NCBI RefSeq assembly: GCF_963676685.1
Contig: NC_092345.1
Coordinates: 22,196,001 to 22,260,000 of the forward strand
Direction: 5' to 3'
DNA from: Mytilus edulis
Lineage: Eukaryota
Length of the DNA: 64,000 nucleotides
A program made the position numbers and the translations under genes. The notes under the pieces are model-generated. The model was not told the DNA's origin. It made no database searches and saw only the letters and a program-made list of their open reading frames with translations. Every line of letters starts with the position of its first letter. The first letter of the stretch is position 1. Below are positions 1 to 11,919 of the stretch, piece after piece.

Positions 1-350
1 GTAATTAATTCCACTATTTTCAAAGGCCTTATTTGAACAATTTATTATCAGGTTTTTTATTGTACCAAGTGTACTAGTAAGTAAAACAGACAATTTAGTA
101 GTTGAACAATGGCTGGAAGATGAAATAAATCTATATTTGTAAGGTTTTTTGTGCAGCTTCGGAAGCCAGTACATAGTTGGGACTTTCATTGTGTTTGGTT
201 CTGCTTGTAAAGAAGTAGCTAAAAGTTTATGTTTGTTACAGATGTCGTTTTCTGAAAATGAAGTCAGTTGGAATGTTGGTGAATTCGTGATTTCCTTTTG
301 CAGAACCTCTATATAAAATTTACGTCAAACAATAATGTATATTTATTAGC
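1..350 (-). mobile_element. Penelope-like element (PLE) reverse transcriptase region fragment, runs off the window start
   Basis: Minus-strand translation reads ...MKVPTMYWLPKLHKKPYKYRFISSSSHCSTTKLSVLLTSTLGTIKNLIINCSNKAFENSGINY; YWLPKLHK...RFI is typical of the start of the PLE RT. Related degraded sequence at 59040-60760. Confidence 0.7.
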
Positions 351-1166
351 AGAAAAACCTTACAGAATATCATCAACTCTAAACGGACCAACGCAGGGTA
401 CGCCGACATATCATGTGCTCTTGTCATGCATACATAACCAGTATGGCGTACAAAGACTCATTGAAATTGTCGATATAAGAATAAGACACATTATAAGGAT
501 TTATAGTATGCGGACTAAATTTTATAAATATATATATCTGTTTTATAAGGCAGCTTGCAATGTATGTTATCAGTTTTGAGAAACCAATTCGTTATGACTA
601 CAGTGATATTCAAAGTGGCTTATTCGTTTTATAGTTTTATCTTAATGTTTGTCTATTATTTATATTAAATGTGAAGCAGTCACATCTAATATACCATTGT
701 CCAATTTCTATTTTTATAAGATATTTAATAAACAAGTAAAACAGTTCAGTATAGGCAAATGAGATGAAACAAAATATAGAATTTGCTTTTAGATTAAAAC
801 TTACAAATGTGAAAAACAAATAATATTCATTGATAAATGATTTTATATTGTTACTTGCATAATTTTAATTTTTTTTTTTTTTTATTTCTTTGTTTACTCT
901 CCTTGTCAGAAGTATGTGTTTTGCATAGAAGGACATGTTAAATAAGTTCACCCTGTATGTATTTGTTGGTTAAACTTGTCAGGGGATCTTTATTTTATTA
1001 CCCCGATTTTGTTTTTTGTCCATAGAATTACGAGTTTTGAACAGCGGTATACTACTGTTGCCTTTATTTAAGTCAACATATATTCCTATAATTTTCATTT
1101 TTCTTTAAACACAAAAATAAAAAAAGATCTGGTATTGATAATTTTAATTTCCAAAATATACATTCA

Positions 1167-1290
1167 AAGCATAAGTATTTTGGGTTGTTTTTTTGTTGCT
1201 TTGGATGGAAGGCTGTTAGACTATTTATAAGCATAAGTATTTTGGGTTGTTTTTTTGTTGCTTTGGATGGAAGGCTGTTAGACTATTTAT
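1167..1290. repeat. Perfect 62-bp direct tandem duplication (2 copies)
   Basis: aagcataagtattttgggttg...ggctgttagactatttat occurs at ~1167 and ~1229. Confidence 0.9.
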
Positions 1291-3139
1291 ACTTACTCCA
1301 TTTACTATTTAAAACATAAAAATAAAATTAACATAGAACCCTTATTGATAAATGTTTGTCAGTTATAGACCCAAAGTTATGAAATTATAACTCAGAGTTC
1401 GTGTATAACATATATTAAAACACATCAAGAAAAACAAATTGATTTGAAAAAAATGGATTTTCATTTATTTTTTATTACAATTATAGATACAAATCTATAA
1501 CGCATAATTGACAAATAATATTTCACGGTCACAGATTTACAGTGATTTCTTTTTACTGCAAGCTAATTAACTTTCGAGTTTGTGACATTGATAAAAATTA
1601 ACCAGAAAAAACAAAACTTTCTGCATAATCAAGAAATAGCGCCTGAAATTTAATGTTGGTCTGTGCGTCAAATGTTTCGAGAAACAGTATCCTTATTTAT
1701 AAACCTCTATCGTCAGGATACCCAAATTGTTCCGAGTACCGAAATTGCACATTATTTAACAAAAATAACAGCCGAAATCTTACAAGTTTTCCCGGATACT
1801 AAACCATATGTATTTTTATGATTTGAAACTGTGCAAGTCTATCAACATATAAGGTAAATATATTTAAATATAAACACAAGACGTTCACAGTATATATCAA
1901 CAGACGAAGTTTTCACTGTAAAAAGTAACATTCACAGAAACGTCGCCGTGCGACGTCCACAGAAAGGCATCTTTTAATGATTAGCAAGTTAAGAATGTAA
2001 CAAGCATCCATTTTTCATAAAAAATAGAGGTGGCATGGTTTAATGTACAATTGTTAAAAATTTATGAAGACATGATACAAAATATATTTTATTCGCATTT
2101 TAAGGATGAAAGCAAGGATGCAATTTAGGTACTCCTCATTACAGAATTATGAAGCGTTTGGAGATCTGTTCAAACCGATTTTCTATGATTAAATATGGAT
2201 TCAAAATTTAATGGTGGAACCATGAATAAATAATGATACATCTGAAAAAAAATCACAGATTGAAAACTTTCTCTAGATCATAAATTAACTTTAGTGAACA
2301 AACTGTCAAAATAGGTGCAACTAGGATACCCTCACGTTACATAATAAGCAATCAATCTTTAAGAGTAGATAAAATCGAAGATCCCCCAAGGATAGATTGA
2401 TAAAATCTTAATCTTATACCTTTACCTTTACATGACAAAAGTTTTCTTAATTTCAATAGCCAAGTCCATTTTGTTTCATTAAAAGAAAGAGAAATGTATA
2501 AAAACATATGTTGTTTAAACAAGGAACAAATTTTACTTCTTAAAAACCTTCTCTGATTCAAATAAGGACCTTTGACACTGTCATCATTTAGATACTGTCG
2601 TTTGTAGTGACAGCATATTTGTTACGTTTGATAACCAACTGTGTTCGACACCTTTCGGGCCTTAACGTTTATTTGAATTCGGTTAACTTTTTTTATACAA
2701 GCATCTCAAGGAGGTAGTATTCTCCTTCAAGTTCACGATTCGCTGTATAAATTGTGCACTCTAAATCAATAATTCTAAGTTTGGCGACCATGTTGATTAA
2801 ATTTATCTTACTGATCTTAAAATATGTTAACGTCGTTTTCTTATGCAACGGTGTTATCTGTTAGTTTTTGATTTGTCCTTTGTATCTTGTTCTCTATTTT
2901 TGTCATCTTTGATTGAGATTGGGACCTTCAAAATTCACACTTAGATGGGGCAACAATTGTATTAATTCATTTAAGCATTACACGTGCATCATTGGATTCT
3001 TTTAATCATTTTTCTTACTAGTTTTGAAGTCTCAATAACCATTGCAACTATAATTTTCTTTTTCAAAAGCAATTAGGCATATTTGAATTGTCAAAAAACA
3101 GTTTGGAATGTTTATTTTGTGTTGGTCAATAATATGCAT

Positions 3140-3483
3140 AGGAGGAAGGTTGGGATATCCCGCTAACACGTTTAACCTCGCCTCATTTTGTATTTATGTG
3201 CCTGTCTCAAGTCAGGAGCCTGCAATTCGGTAGTTGTCCTGTGTTTATGTGTTGCATATTTTTTTTGGTTCTATTATTACATAAATTAGGCCGTTAGTTT
3301 TCTCGTTTGAATTGTTTTACATTGTCATTTTGGGGCCTTTTATAGCTGACTATGCGGTATGGGCTTTGCTCATTTTTGAAGCCCGTACTGTGACCCATCG
3401 TTATTAATTTCTTTTCTGTGTTATTTTGGTCCCTTGTAGAGAGTTGTCTTATTGGCAATCATACCACATCTTGTTTTTTTTAT
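3140..3483 (+). repeat. High-copy interspersed repeat family A (tgtgcctgtcccaagtcaggagcc...gagagttgtctcattggcaatcataccacatctt)
   Basis: Same sequence recurs at 22420-22733 (+), 58320-58960 (-), 45245-45690 (-) and partially at 26410-26610, 44360-44490 and 44790-45050. TE class not determined. Confidence 0.8.
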
Positions 3484-3870
3484 TTTTAAACTTGATAACT
3501 TTCTATCCGTTCCCTTAGAATATATGCCAAACATCAAAGCTATTATTCCTTCCACTCCTTTTGTCAAACATTCATGGAACATGAACAGAAGCTTCTTTGT
3601 GATCAAGTGATAGCATCTTGTAATATTTTATCTTATTTTACTAATAAAGTATTTTTTCCGATACAGTGCGTGGTTAAAGTTTGATAAACATTTGGAATAA
3701 ATTATGAATTTAAAGCCAAATTATTAAGTCATATACGTTATATCCTTTTTACTTCCGTGTCATGATTAAACTACGAAGAAAGGGAATATAAATAGCTGTG
3801 TTAACGAACACAAAGGAAATGTCTTTAAATAATTGCTGGGAGAAAGACGACAATTGAGATCAATACTGAC

Positions 3871-4133
3871 AGCCCAGTAGTCAACACTTCGGGGTTGACA
3901 TGAATATCAATAATGTGGTCATTTTTATAAATTTCCTGTTTACAAAACTTTGAATTTTTGGAAAAACTAAGGATTTTCTTATCCCAGGCATAGATTACCT
4001 TAGCATTATTTGGCACAACTTTTTACTTGTTTGGCTTTATAAATATTTTGATATGAGCGTCACTGATGAGTCTTATGTAGACGAAACGCGCGTCTGGCGT
4101 ACTAAATTATAATCCTGGTACCTTTGATAACTA
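3871..4133 (+). mobile_element. Truncated hammerhead-containing retrozyme-type repeat
   Basis: Matches the ~355-bp monomer at 55859-56213; absent from the paralogous site at ~6188. Confidence 0.85.
4057..4100 (+). ncRNA. Type I hammerhead ribozyme, intact core
   Basis: Stem I GCGTCA/TGGCGT; CTGATGA 4063-4069; stem II GTCT-TATGT-AGAC; GAAA 4083-4086; palindromic ACGCGCGT stem III; GTC cleavage triplet ending at 4094. Confidence 0.88.
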
Positions 4134-7012
4134 ATTGCAATGTAAAATTATTACAATCCGTTGTTTTTTGTTCAGTATAAATAGATAAAAAAAAGTAAAT
4201 TTTTAAAAGATATTGTGTTAATGGAAATGTATGCCTGACATTTTGAAACATTATTTTACATATTCAGTTGAGAAAATAAAGTCTTCTGATATATCTTTGA
4301 AGAGAAAATCTATAAATAAACTGTACTTAACCGTACTAGTATATATTTGTTATAATGTTAAACATGTATACATAAATGAGTAACTTTAATTAATGCTATT
4401 TTTTTAACGAATTGTGCATACTCAACACAAAAACTCTCAAGAATTTACCTTAAAAAATGTACTACTGAGACCAATATCAAGAAACAAGTCATTTAAAAGG
4501 ATAATAATCACTGCAAATATATTCTCTAATTGGTTTGTGACCCGGATTTGATTTCACTTAATCGATTAATGACTATTGAACAGTTGTATACTACTGTTGC
4601 CTTCTTTTATTCAAACAAATTCCTTAATAGCTATGGATAATGAGAGTTTTCGTAGTAAGCAACGTTATTACGTAACTCGTAGTTAGTTATATGTGTATAA
4701 CAAGTGAAAACAGTGAAAAAGGCAGTTGAAAACAATATAAAAGGAATCAACTTAGTGTACCAGATGTGCATTTCGGCAATACGCGTCTCGTCATTGATAG
4801 ACCATAACATTTAAATATTCAAAATCTACTACAAAAGTTGACAGCAGATAAAACCAAAAAGGACCCAAAGTATAGCCAAATCTGGAAAAGGAATCAGAAC
4901 ATTGCAGATAATTAAGGATAGTTATCCGACTTTTTCATTTTTTGTTTCGTATCACTGTCTGATCTCAAACGGGAGCAGTAATCGGCAATGTGTGAACCCC
5001 GCATTATTGATAACTTTTTTCAATTATAGACCCAAACTTATGAAATTATAATCAGAGTTCGTGTATAACATATATATAAACACATCAAGAAAAACAAATT
5101 GATTTGAAAAAAATGGATTTTCATTTATTCTTTATTACAATTATATAGATACAAATCTATAACGTATAATTGACAAATAATATTTCACGGTCACACTAGT
5201 GGGGTTCGTGTTGTTTAATCTTCAGTTTTCTATGTTGTGTCGGGTGTGCTGTTGTTTATTTTTCTTTTTCATTTTTAGCCATGACGTTGTCAGTTTGTTT
5301 TGGAATTATGAGTCTGACTGTCCCTTTGGTATCTTTCGTCCCTCTATTACAGTGTTTTCTTTTTACTGCAAGCTAATTAACTTTCGAGTTTGTGACATTG
5401 ATAAAAATTAACTAGAAAAAAACATCATTAAGATTCCGTTTGTAGTGACAGCATATTTTACGTTTGATAACCAATTGTGTTCGACACCTTTCGAGTTAAC
5501 CTTTATTTGAGTTTGGTAACTTTTTTATTCGAGCATCTCAAGGAGGTAGCATTCTCCTTTAATTTCACGATTCGCTGTATAAATCAATAATTCTAAGTTT
5601 GGCGACCATGTTGATTTAATTTATCTTACTGATCTTAAAATATGTAAACGTCATTTTCTTATGCAACGGTGTTATCTGTTAGTTTTTGAGTTGTCCTTTG
5701 TATCTTGTTCCCTATTTTTGTCATCTTTGATTGAGATTGGGACCTTCAAAATTCACACTTAGATGGGGCAACAATTGTATTAATTCATTTAAGCATTACA
5801 CGTGCATCATTGGAGTTTTTTTCATTATTTTAATCATTTTCTTCCTAGTTTTGAAGTGTCAATAACCATTGCAACTATAATTTTCTTTTTCAAAAGCTAA
5901 TAGGCATATTTGAATTTTCAAAAAACAGTTTGGAATGTTTATTTCGTGTTGGTCAATAATATGCATATGAGGAGGGTTGGGATATCCCGCTAACATGTTT
6001 AACCCCGCCACATTCTGTATGTATGTATAAATTTAAAGCCAAAATATTAAATCATATAAGTTATATCCTTTTTACTTCCACATGATGTAAACTACGAAGA
6101 TTGGAAATTCAAATATCTTATTGAACACAAAGGAAATGTCTTTAAATAATTGCTGGGAGAAAAACGACAATTGAGATCAATACTGACAAGGTAATGTAAA
6201 ATTATTACAATCCGTTGTTTTTTGTTCAGTATAAATAGATAAAAAAAAAAAGTAAATTTTTAAAAGATATTGTGTTAATGGAAATGTATGCCTGACATTT
6301 TGAAACATTATTTTACCTATTCAGTTGAGAAAATAAAGTCTTCTGATATATCTTTGAAGAGAAAATCTATAAGTAAACTGTACTAAACCGTACTAGTATA
6401 CATTTGTTATAATGTTAAACATGTATACATAAATGAATAACTTTAATTGTTGCTACTTTTGAACAAATTGTGCATAATCAACACAAAAACTCTATCAACA
6501 ATTTACCTTAAAAAATGTACTACTGAGACCAATATCAAGAAACCAGTCATTTAAAAGGATAATAATCACTGCAAATATATTCTCTTATTGGTTTGTGACC
6601 TGGATTTGATTTCGCTTTAAATCGATTAATGACTATTGAACAACTACTGTTGCCTTCTTTTATTCATACAAATTCCTTAATAGCTATGGATAATGAGAAT
6701 TTTCGTAGTAAGCAACGTTATTACGTAACTCGTAGTTAGTTACATGTGTATAACAAGTGAAAAAGGCAGTTGAAAACAATATAAAAGGAATCAACTTAAT
6801 GCACCAGATGTACATTTCGGCAATACGCGTCTCGTCATTGATAGACCATAACATTTAAATATTCTACTACAAATGTTGATAGCAGATAAACCCAAAAAGT
6901 GACTATTGTATAGCCAAATCTGGAAAAGTAATCAGAACATTGCACGAAGGAGATATAGTCATTAATTCTAAATAATAATCTTGTACTCTGCTATCCGTAT
7001 CAAGTAACGTGA

Positions 7013-7319
7013 TTGTAACGGCTTATTATTGCCATGGTTGTTTTGATATCTCTTTGATTGAGGATGTAACGGCTTATTATTGCCATGGTTGTTTTGATAT
7101 CTCTTTGATTGAGGATGTAACGGCTTATTATTGCCATGGTTGTGTTGACATCCCTTTGATTGAGGATGTAACGGCTTATTATTGCCATGTTTGTGTTGCC
7201 ATCCCTTTGATTGAGGATGTAACGGCTTATTATTGCCATGGTTATGTTGATATCCCTTTGATTGAGGATGTAACGGCTTATATTGCCATTGTTGTGTTGA
7301 TATCCCTTTCATTGAGGAT
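7013..7319. repeat. 51-bp minisatellite, ~6 copies
   Basis: Unit GATGTAACGGCTTATTATTGCCATGGTTGTGTTGATATCCCTTTGATTGAG repeated head to tail; produces the 17-aa periodic ORFs in the track. Confidence 0.95.
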
Positions 7320-7599
7320 TTTGTATTTACCTTGTATCATCTGCCTTTTTTAACTGCGACGATTGGAAATTTTGAATTTTTTTCTCTGTAAGACACATTT
7401 TTAAAGCCTCGTTAACGTTAGTACATAGCATATATGTATCAGTTGTAAGGTTATAATACTTGATAGTGCACAATATGTATAATAATATTTTAGCTAATGA
7501 CATATATGCAACTGAATAAAAATAAGATAAAATAATATATTATAATTTCTAGTTCAATAATTTAGTTTTTGCTGCAACCAGGTTATGGAGATTTTCATA

Positions 7600-8540
7600 T
7601 TTGCCTTCTTTATTTATCAATTTTTCATGATATTGAAAAAAAATTCCTTTTAAAAAATTTTGAACACATTAATTTGTTTTGTTTTTCGCTCGAATATATA
7701 ATATCCTTTGTGTACAGTAACAAGTATAATTGTTTATAAATCATCAATACTTTAATAACTTGTATCGTTTATTTTGTATCCACACAAAAGTGATCTTATT
7801 GATATTATATGGTGTCCTATTCTAAGTTTATGAAGTTAAAGTTTTATTTGATTCCAAAATGATTTCAGAAATTTGCATGTCAAAAAATAATGTTCATAAT
7901 CTTCGATTACATTACAAATATTGCGTAGCGGAGTTTTAGTTATTTTCAAAGAGAAAAGTAATTGTTTGGTTGGTAAAATGTTATACCGAAATTTCAATCT
8001 TAACATTCAAAACTCATCATCTTGTATATAGTAAAAGATATAGTTCGGCATTTGTTGTCTTTTGCTTGTGTTGTTTTCTACAATAAACATAATGTTCCAT
8101 CTTTGAAATCAAATTGGTTTTTCATCATGTTTATTTAAGAGATAAATGTAAATGTCTTTGGAGGAAATGTTTTTAAACGTTACAATTTTTCCATTTCTGT
8201 CTTTGAATTTATATTCGGAGTCAATAGGAACTTATATTTTAATTGATTCTTCTTAAGTAGGCTCTTGTAACAACAATTTTGGTATTGTTTTCGTCAATTT
8301 AGAATATTCCAAAAACCAATTAGCATGGCAGGATATCTTATCTAACTCAGATTTTGATTCAATTTTTCCTTAATTATCAATTATGTCATTTACAAATAAA
8401 ATTTTACTGTTTATCCAGTTTTTGAATAAGAGACATTCACTGTTTAATTTGATATCTTATTGCCACATATATCTGCTGTCTAATTCATTTATATGATAGT
8501 TGATCTAATTCATTTTCAGATTTTATCCATGATATGATTG
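7600..8540 (-). mobile_element. Degraded non-LTR retrotransposon (L1/Tx1-like) ORF2 C-terminal region
   Basis: Minus strand reads NKDIKLNSECLLFKNWINSKILFVNDII and NILPTKQLLFSLKITKTPLRNICNVIEDYEHYFLTCKFLKSFW (zf-RVT-like CCHC finger, first Cys->Arg), with several stops. Confidence 0.65.
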
Positions 8541-8679
8541 TTCTTAAGTAAAATTAAACAACTATCCAGTGACAAGAGTAGAAAACAATCAACACAAGTC
8601 TATATATTCATATTGACTGTTTATGTTGCTGTAGAAACATATAAAATAGGGATTTTTCTTAGTCAATTTCATTTTTAGA

Positions 8680-9260
8680 TAGACAGCTGCGGCATGAACG
8701 CATAACACGCCCGTCGCGTTTTCAAAGAATACAGTTCAACAACTTCTCAATGTTCTGCAAAAATTACAAAAACTAAAGGCAGCTTATCTTAATGCATATA
8801 AATCAGTCACCAAAGTTAATAGAAACTGTTCAAAGCACTCTAAGGATATTGTTTGAAATCTGGAAAATCTGGAAAATCACCCTGGTTCATGAATAAAATC
8901 CCTTTACTCGGAAATGCAACAGCTAAAACTTATAAAAATCGAAAATGAGCTCATGTCAATAGGTATAAACAATTCATCAAAGTTACATGAAAACTGCTCA
9001 AGGTATTTTTGAGTTATTGTCCGATAACTGTAAAAAAGAATCCTTTTTCTAATGAATAAAACCCTAAAACCTGGATACTTAAAAACTAAGATGTATCAAA
9101 CGTAGAGGAGCTCACATGCATCAGTAGATATTTACAATTCACCAAAGCTTCATGCAATTTAATTAAAGCGTTTTTGAGTTTAATGTCCGACATGTCGGGA
9201 CTGACAGACAGACGGACAACGGTATACCATAAAACGCCCCGTTAACGGTCTTATGAAAAA
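8680..9260 (+). mobile_element. Probable Helentron-associated non-autonomous element (HINE/DINE-like)
   Basis: Internal repeated blocks, GACA/GACGGAC microsatellite at ~9203-9217 and a short 3' palindrome before an A tail; similar layout at ~30850-31190. Confidence 0.45.
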
Positions 9261-10290
9261 CTTTTGAAATTAAACCTTGGCAAAAGTGGGCAATCCGACT
9301 GTGTCTATTTATAAAGTCTAACTGTAGATGCATCGAATGCTACGTATGAAACATAAATCAATATTAAGATAAAAAAAAATGCCGTAATTGAGTTATTGCT
9401 CACGTTTGGACTACCAATTATTGCTCTAATGGATTTAAAACTACAGTCAATCGCATGTTCAGGTTTCACAATTATCATCGAAAGCATCCAAAACACAATG
9501 TTAAGGCATATTCAAGTGTAAAATCTGAAGAGCTAAGTTAGTGTTTCGTATCATTCAACATTTTATAAACATAGATAATAACGATATAAACGATATTGCC
9601 ATATATCAACGATATTCCCATTCAACACAATTCGTACTAATGGTGAAAATGAAAATGATTAAATATACCAAAGTCACTAGAATCAAAACATTTGAAAAGT
9701 CAAATCAAAACCGATATTGAAAAATAATGATAGTTTATGTAATCACTGGGTCACTCACTGACTAATGTTCATATGATATCACAGAGGACGCATCGTCTAC
9801 CAGCAGTTGTTTTGACCAGATGGTTGTAAAAACGTTTTTTGCGGAACTACTTCTTGATCAGTTTAATAAAATGTGTTTTATTATAAAGGTATGTGAACGG
9901 TGTTTTTTAGAGGATAACATAACAATAACGCAAGCCAAAACAATTTCCTAACTTTGTACAATTTTTTTTACCGAAGAAAATGGTGGATTTAACTTGTTTA
10001 ACAGTTGTTTCTAGTTTCGTTATATTTAAAGAATATAGATTGGATATTTTATTAGTCTGAGAACCAAAAAAATGCAAGTTCGTGAAATAAAAAAAATAAA
10101 TATATTCATAAAATAGAATTAATCTATCTAGAACGCACTCTTTTTGTTATTAATAATTTTTCAAACAAAAAAGATGGAAAGGAAGGTTGATTATATCATT
10201 ATTTATGTATTTTAAAGTTTTGTTGTCATGAAATAAACAGATTTTCGATTTATTTGTTAGGACGCGAAACAAACATCATTTTACACTTAC

Positions 10291-10730
10291 CATATAATTG
10301 CAATTGATACTGCACATTTTTTCTTTGTATGGTGGTTTTTGTAGTGATTCGGCCATGTTACTGCCCAGAACCTGTCGATTGATATAACAATTATAGTAAA
10401 AACAGAGGCAAATGTCATTCCATAATCGTTGAAAATCCACACTCCACAGAGGAACTTTCCGAATGGCCAATATCCCAAGATATTATCAGCTGTATAGAAA
10501 CTCATTGCAGATAAAGCTACAGTTAAATCGGTCACTGCTAAATTAACAATATAGGTATTAAACTTTGTTTGTAGTTGTTTTTCTCTTTTCACTGCAACCA
10601 AAACAAGGATATTTCCAAATACAGTAAAAGAAGTGATTAAAACGAGAAATGTGCCAATGATTATACGTCCAGGTGTCAGAGATTTGTCTACATTATCAGA
10701 TGTGTTACAGCAGCTAAAATTAGTTTCCAT
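10291..10730 (-). CDS. Class A (rhodopsin-like) aminergic-type GPCR, first coding exon (TM1-TM4); muscarinic/histamine-receptor-like
   Basis: N-glycosylation sequons NFS/NTS, GNILV (TM1), NLAVTD (TM2), GYWPFG..LC, DY (Asp3.32), ISIDRFWAV..P..Y; ends at phase-2 donor TG|GTAAGT at 10290. No downstream exon found in 1-10290. Confidence 0.9.
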
Positions 10731-11408
10731 TTGAAATCAGGATCGTTGAAGTAAAATCTTTCAGGAAGATCTTTAAATAACTGATTTTTCTTGTGCATGT
10801 TAAGTATGTATCTTTCAGCTTATATACCAGAATTGGATCTGTTATTGAATATCAATTCACGTGACTTTGAACTTAAACGACAATGGAAAATTTAATTAAC
10901 AAAGTTTCTTTTTTCAATACATCATGTTGACATCGCTATACATTGTATATCTTTTTATAGTTCTTTAAGAGTTCTGTACTATTTTGTTCAATTAAGACAA
11001 TATTATTAGATAAGTTCTTGGAAACTTTGTTTATCTGTTTTATGTTCAGTTTCTTTTATAATAGTTTCCAAATTATTAATTTTATTTTCCAAGATAATCA
11101 GCAAAAAAGGTTCGTGTAAGAGTAAACGGTATCACCAGCCCAGTAGTCAACAGGAATTTTGAAAAGGTGGTCACACACCTAAGGCAACAAATGGCAACAA
11201 AATTGTGATTTAAGGACTATAACTCCTATGGAAAGCAATCTTTGGTTTTGATCATTAAAGAAGATTTCTCCATATGAAGTAATTTTAACATTCTTGGAAA
11301 CTTTGTTTTAATTATCTGTTTTATGTTCAGTTTGTTTTAATATACTTTCCAAATTATTAATTTTATTTTCCAAGATAATCAGCAAAAAGGTTCGTGTAAG
11401 AGTAAACG

Positions 11409-11919
11409 GTAACACAAACCCAGTAGTCAACATTTCGGTGTTGACATGAGTATCAATAATGTGGTCATTTTTATAAATTTCCTGTTTCACAAAACTTTGA
11501 ATTTTTCGAAATACTAAGATTTTCTTATCCCAGGCATAGATTACCTTAGCCGAATTTGGCACAACTTTTTGGAATTTTGGATCCTCAATGCTCTTCAACT
11601 TTGTACTTGTTTGGCATTATAAATATTTTGATATGAGCGTCACTGATGAGTCTTATGTAGACGAAACGCACGTCTGGCGTACTAAATCATAATCCTGGTA
11701 CCTTTGATTACTATTCACACCACTGGGTTGGTGCCACTGCTGGTGGACGTTTCGTCCCCGAGGGTATCACCAGCCCAGTAGTCAACACTTCGGTGTTGAC
11801 ATGAGTATCAATAATGTGGTCATTTTTATAAATTTCCTGTTTTACAAAATTTTGAATCTTATGTAGACGAAACGCGCGTCTGGCGTACTAAATTATAATC
11901 TCGGTACCTTTGATAACTA
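11409..11919 (+). mobile_element. Retrozyme-type repeat, ~1.5 tandem units
   Basis: One near-complete unit with HHR at 11637-11680, then an internally deleted unit keeping only the 3' half of the HHR (11857-11886). Confidence 0.85.
11637..11680 (+). ncRNA. Type I hammerhead ribozyme, intact core (stem III loop GCAC variant)
   Basis: GCGTCA CTGATGA GTCT-TATGT-AGAC GAAA CGCACGTC TGGCGT; predicted cleavage after 11674. Confidence 0.82.

Larger units (their letters stand above)
1341..6945. repeat. Local tandem segmental duplication: copy 1 ~1341-4907, copy 2 ~5004-6945
   Basis: Colinear near-identical blocks: 1341-1532/5004-5194, 1537-1611/5347-5422, 2582-3200/5423-6027, 3707-3870/6030-6187, 4139-4907/6193-6945, separated by copy-specific indels. 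Confidence 0.9.

Noticed and set aside
6968-7353. Three overlapping repetitive ORFs, or a CRISPR-like array
   Set aside because: Pure 51-bp tandem repeat with no unique spacers, in eukaryotic context with no cas genes; the ORFs follow from the unit length being a multiple of 3.
11308-11598. ORFs at 3825-4016, 11308-11598, 41111-41332 and 55513-55704 resembling each other
   Set aside because: Antisense translations of the retrozyme repeat; frames and stops are not conserved between copies.
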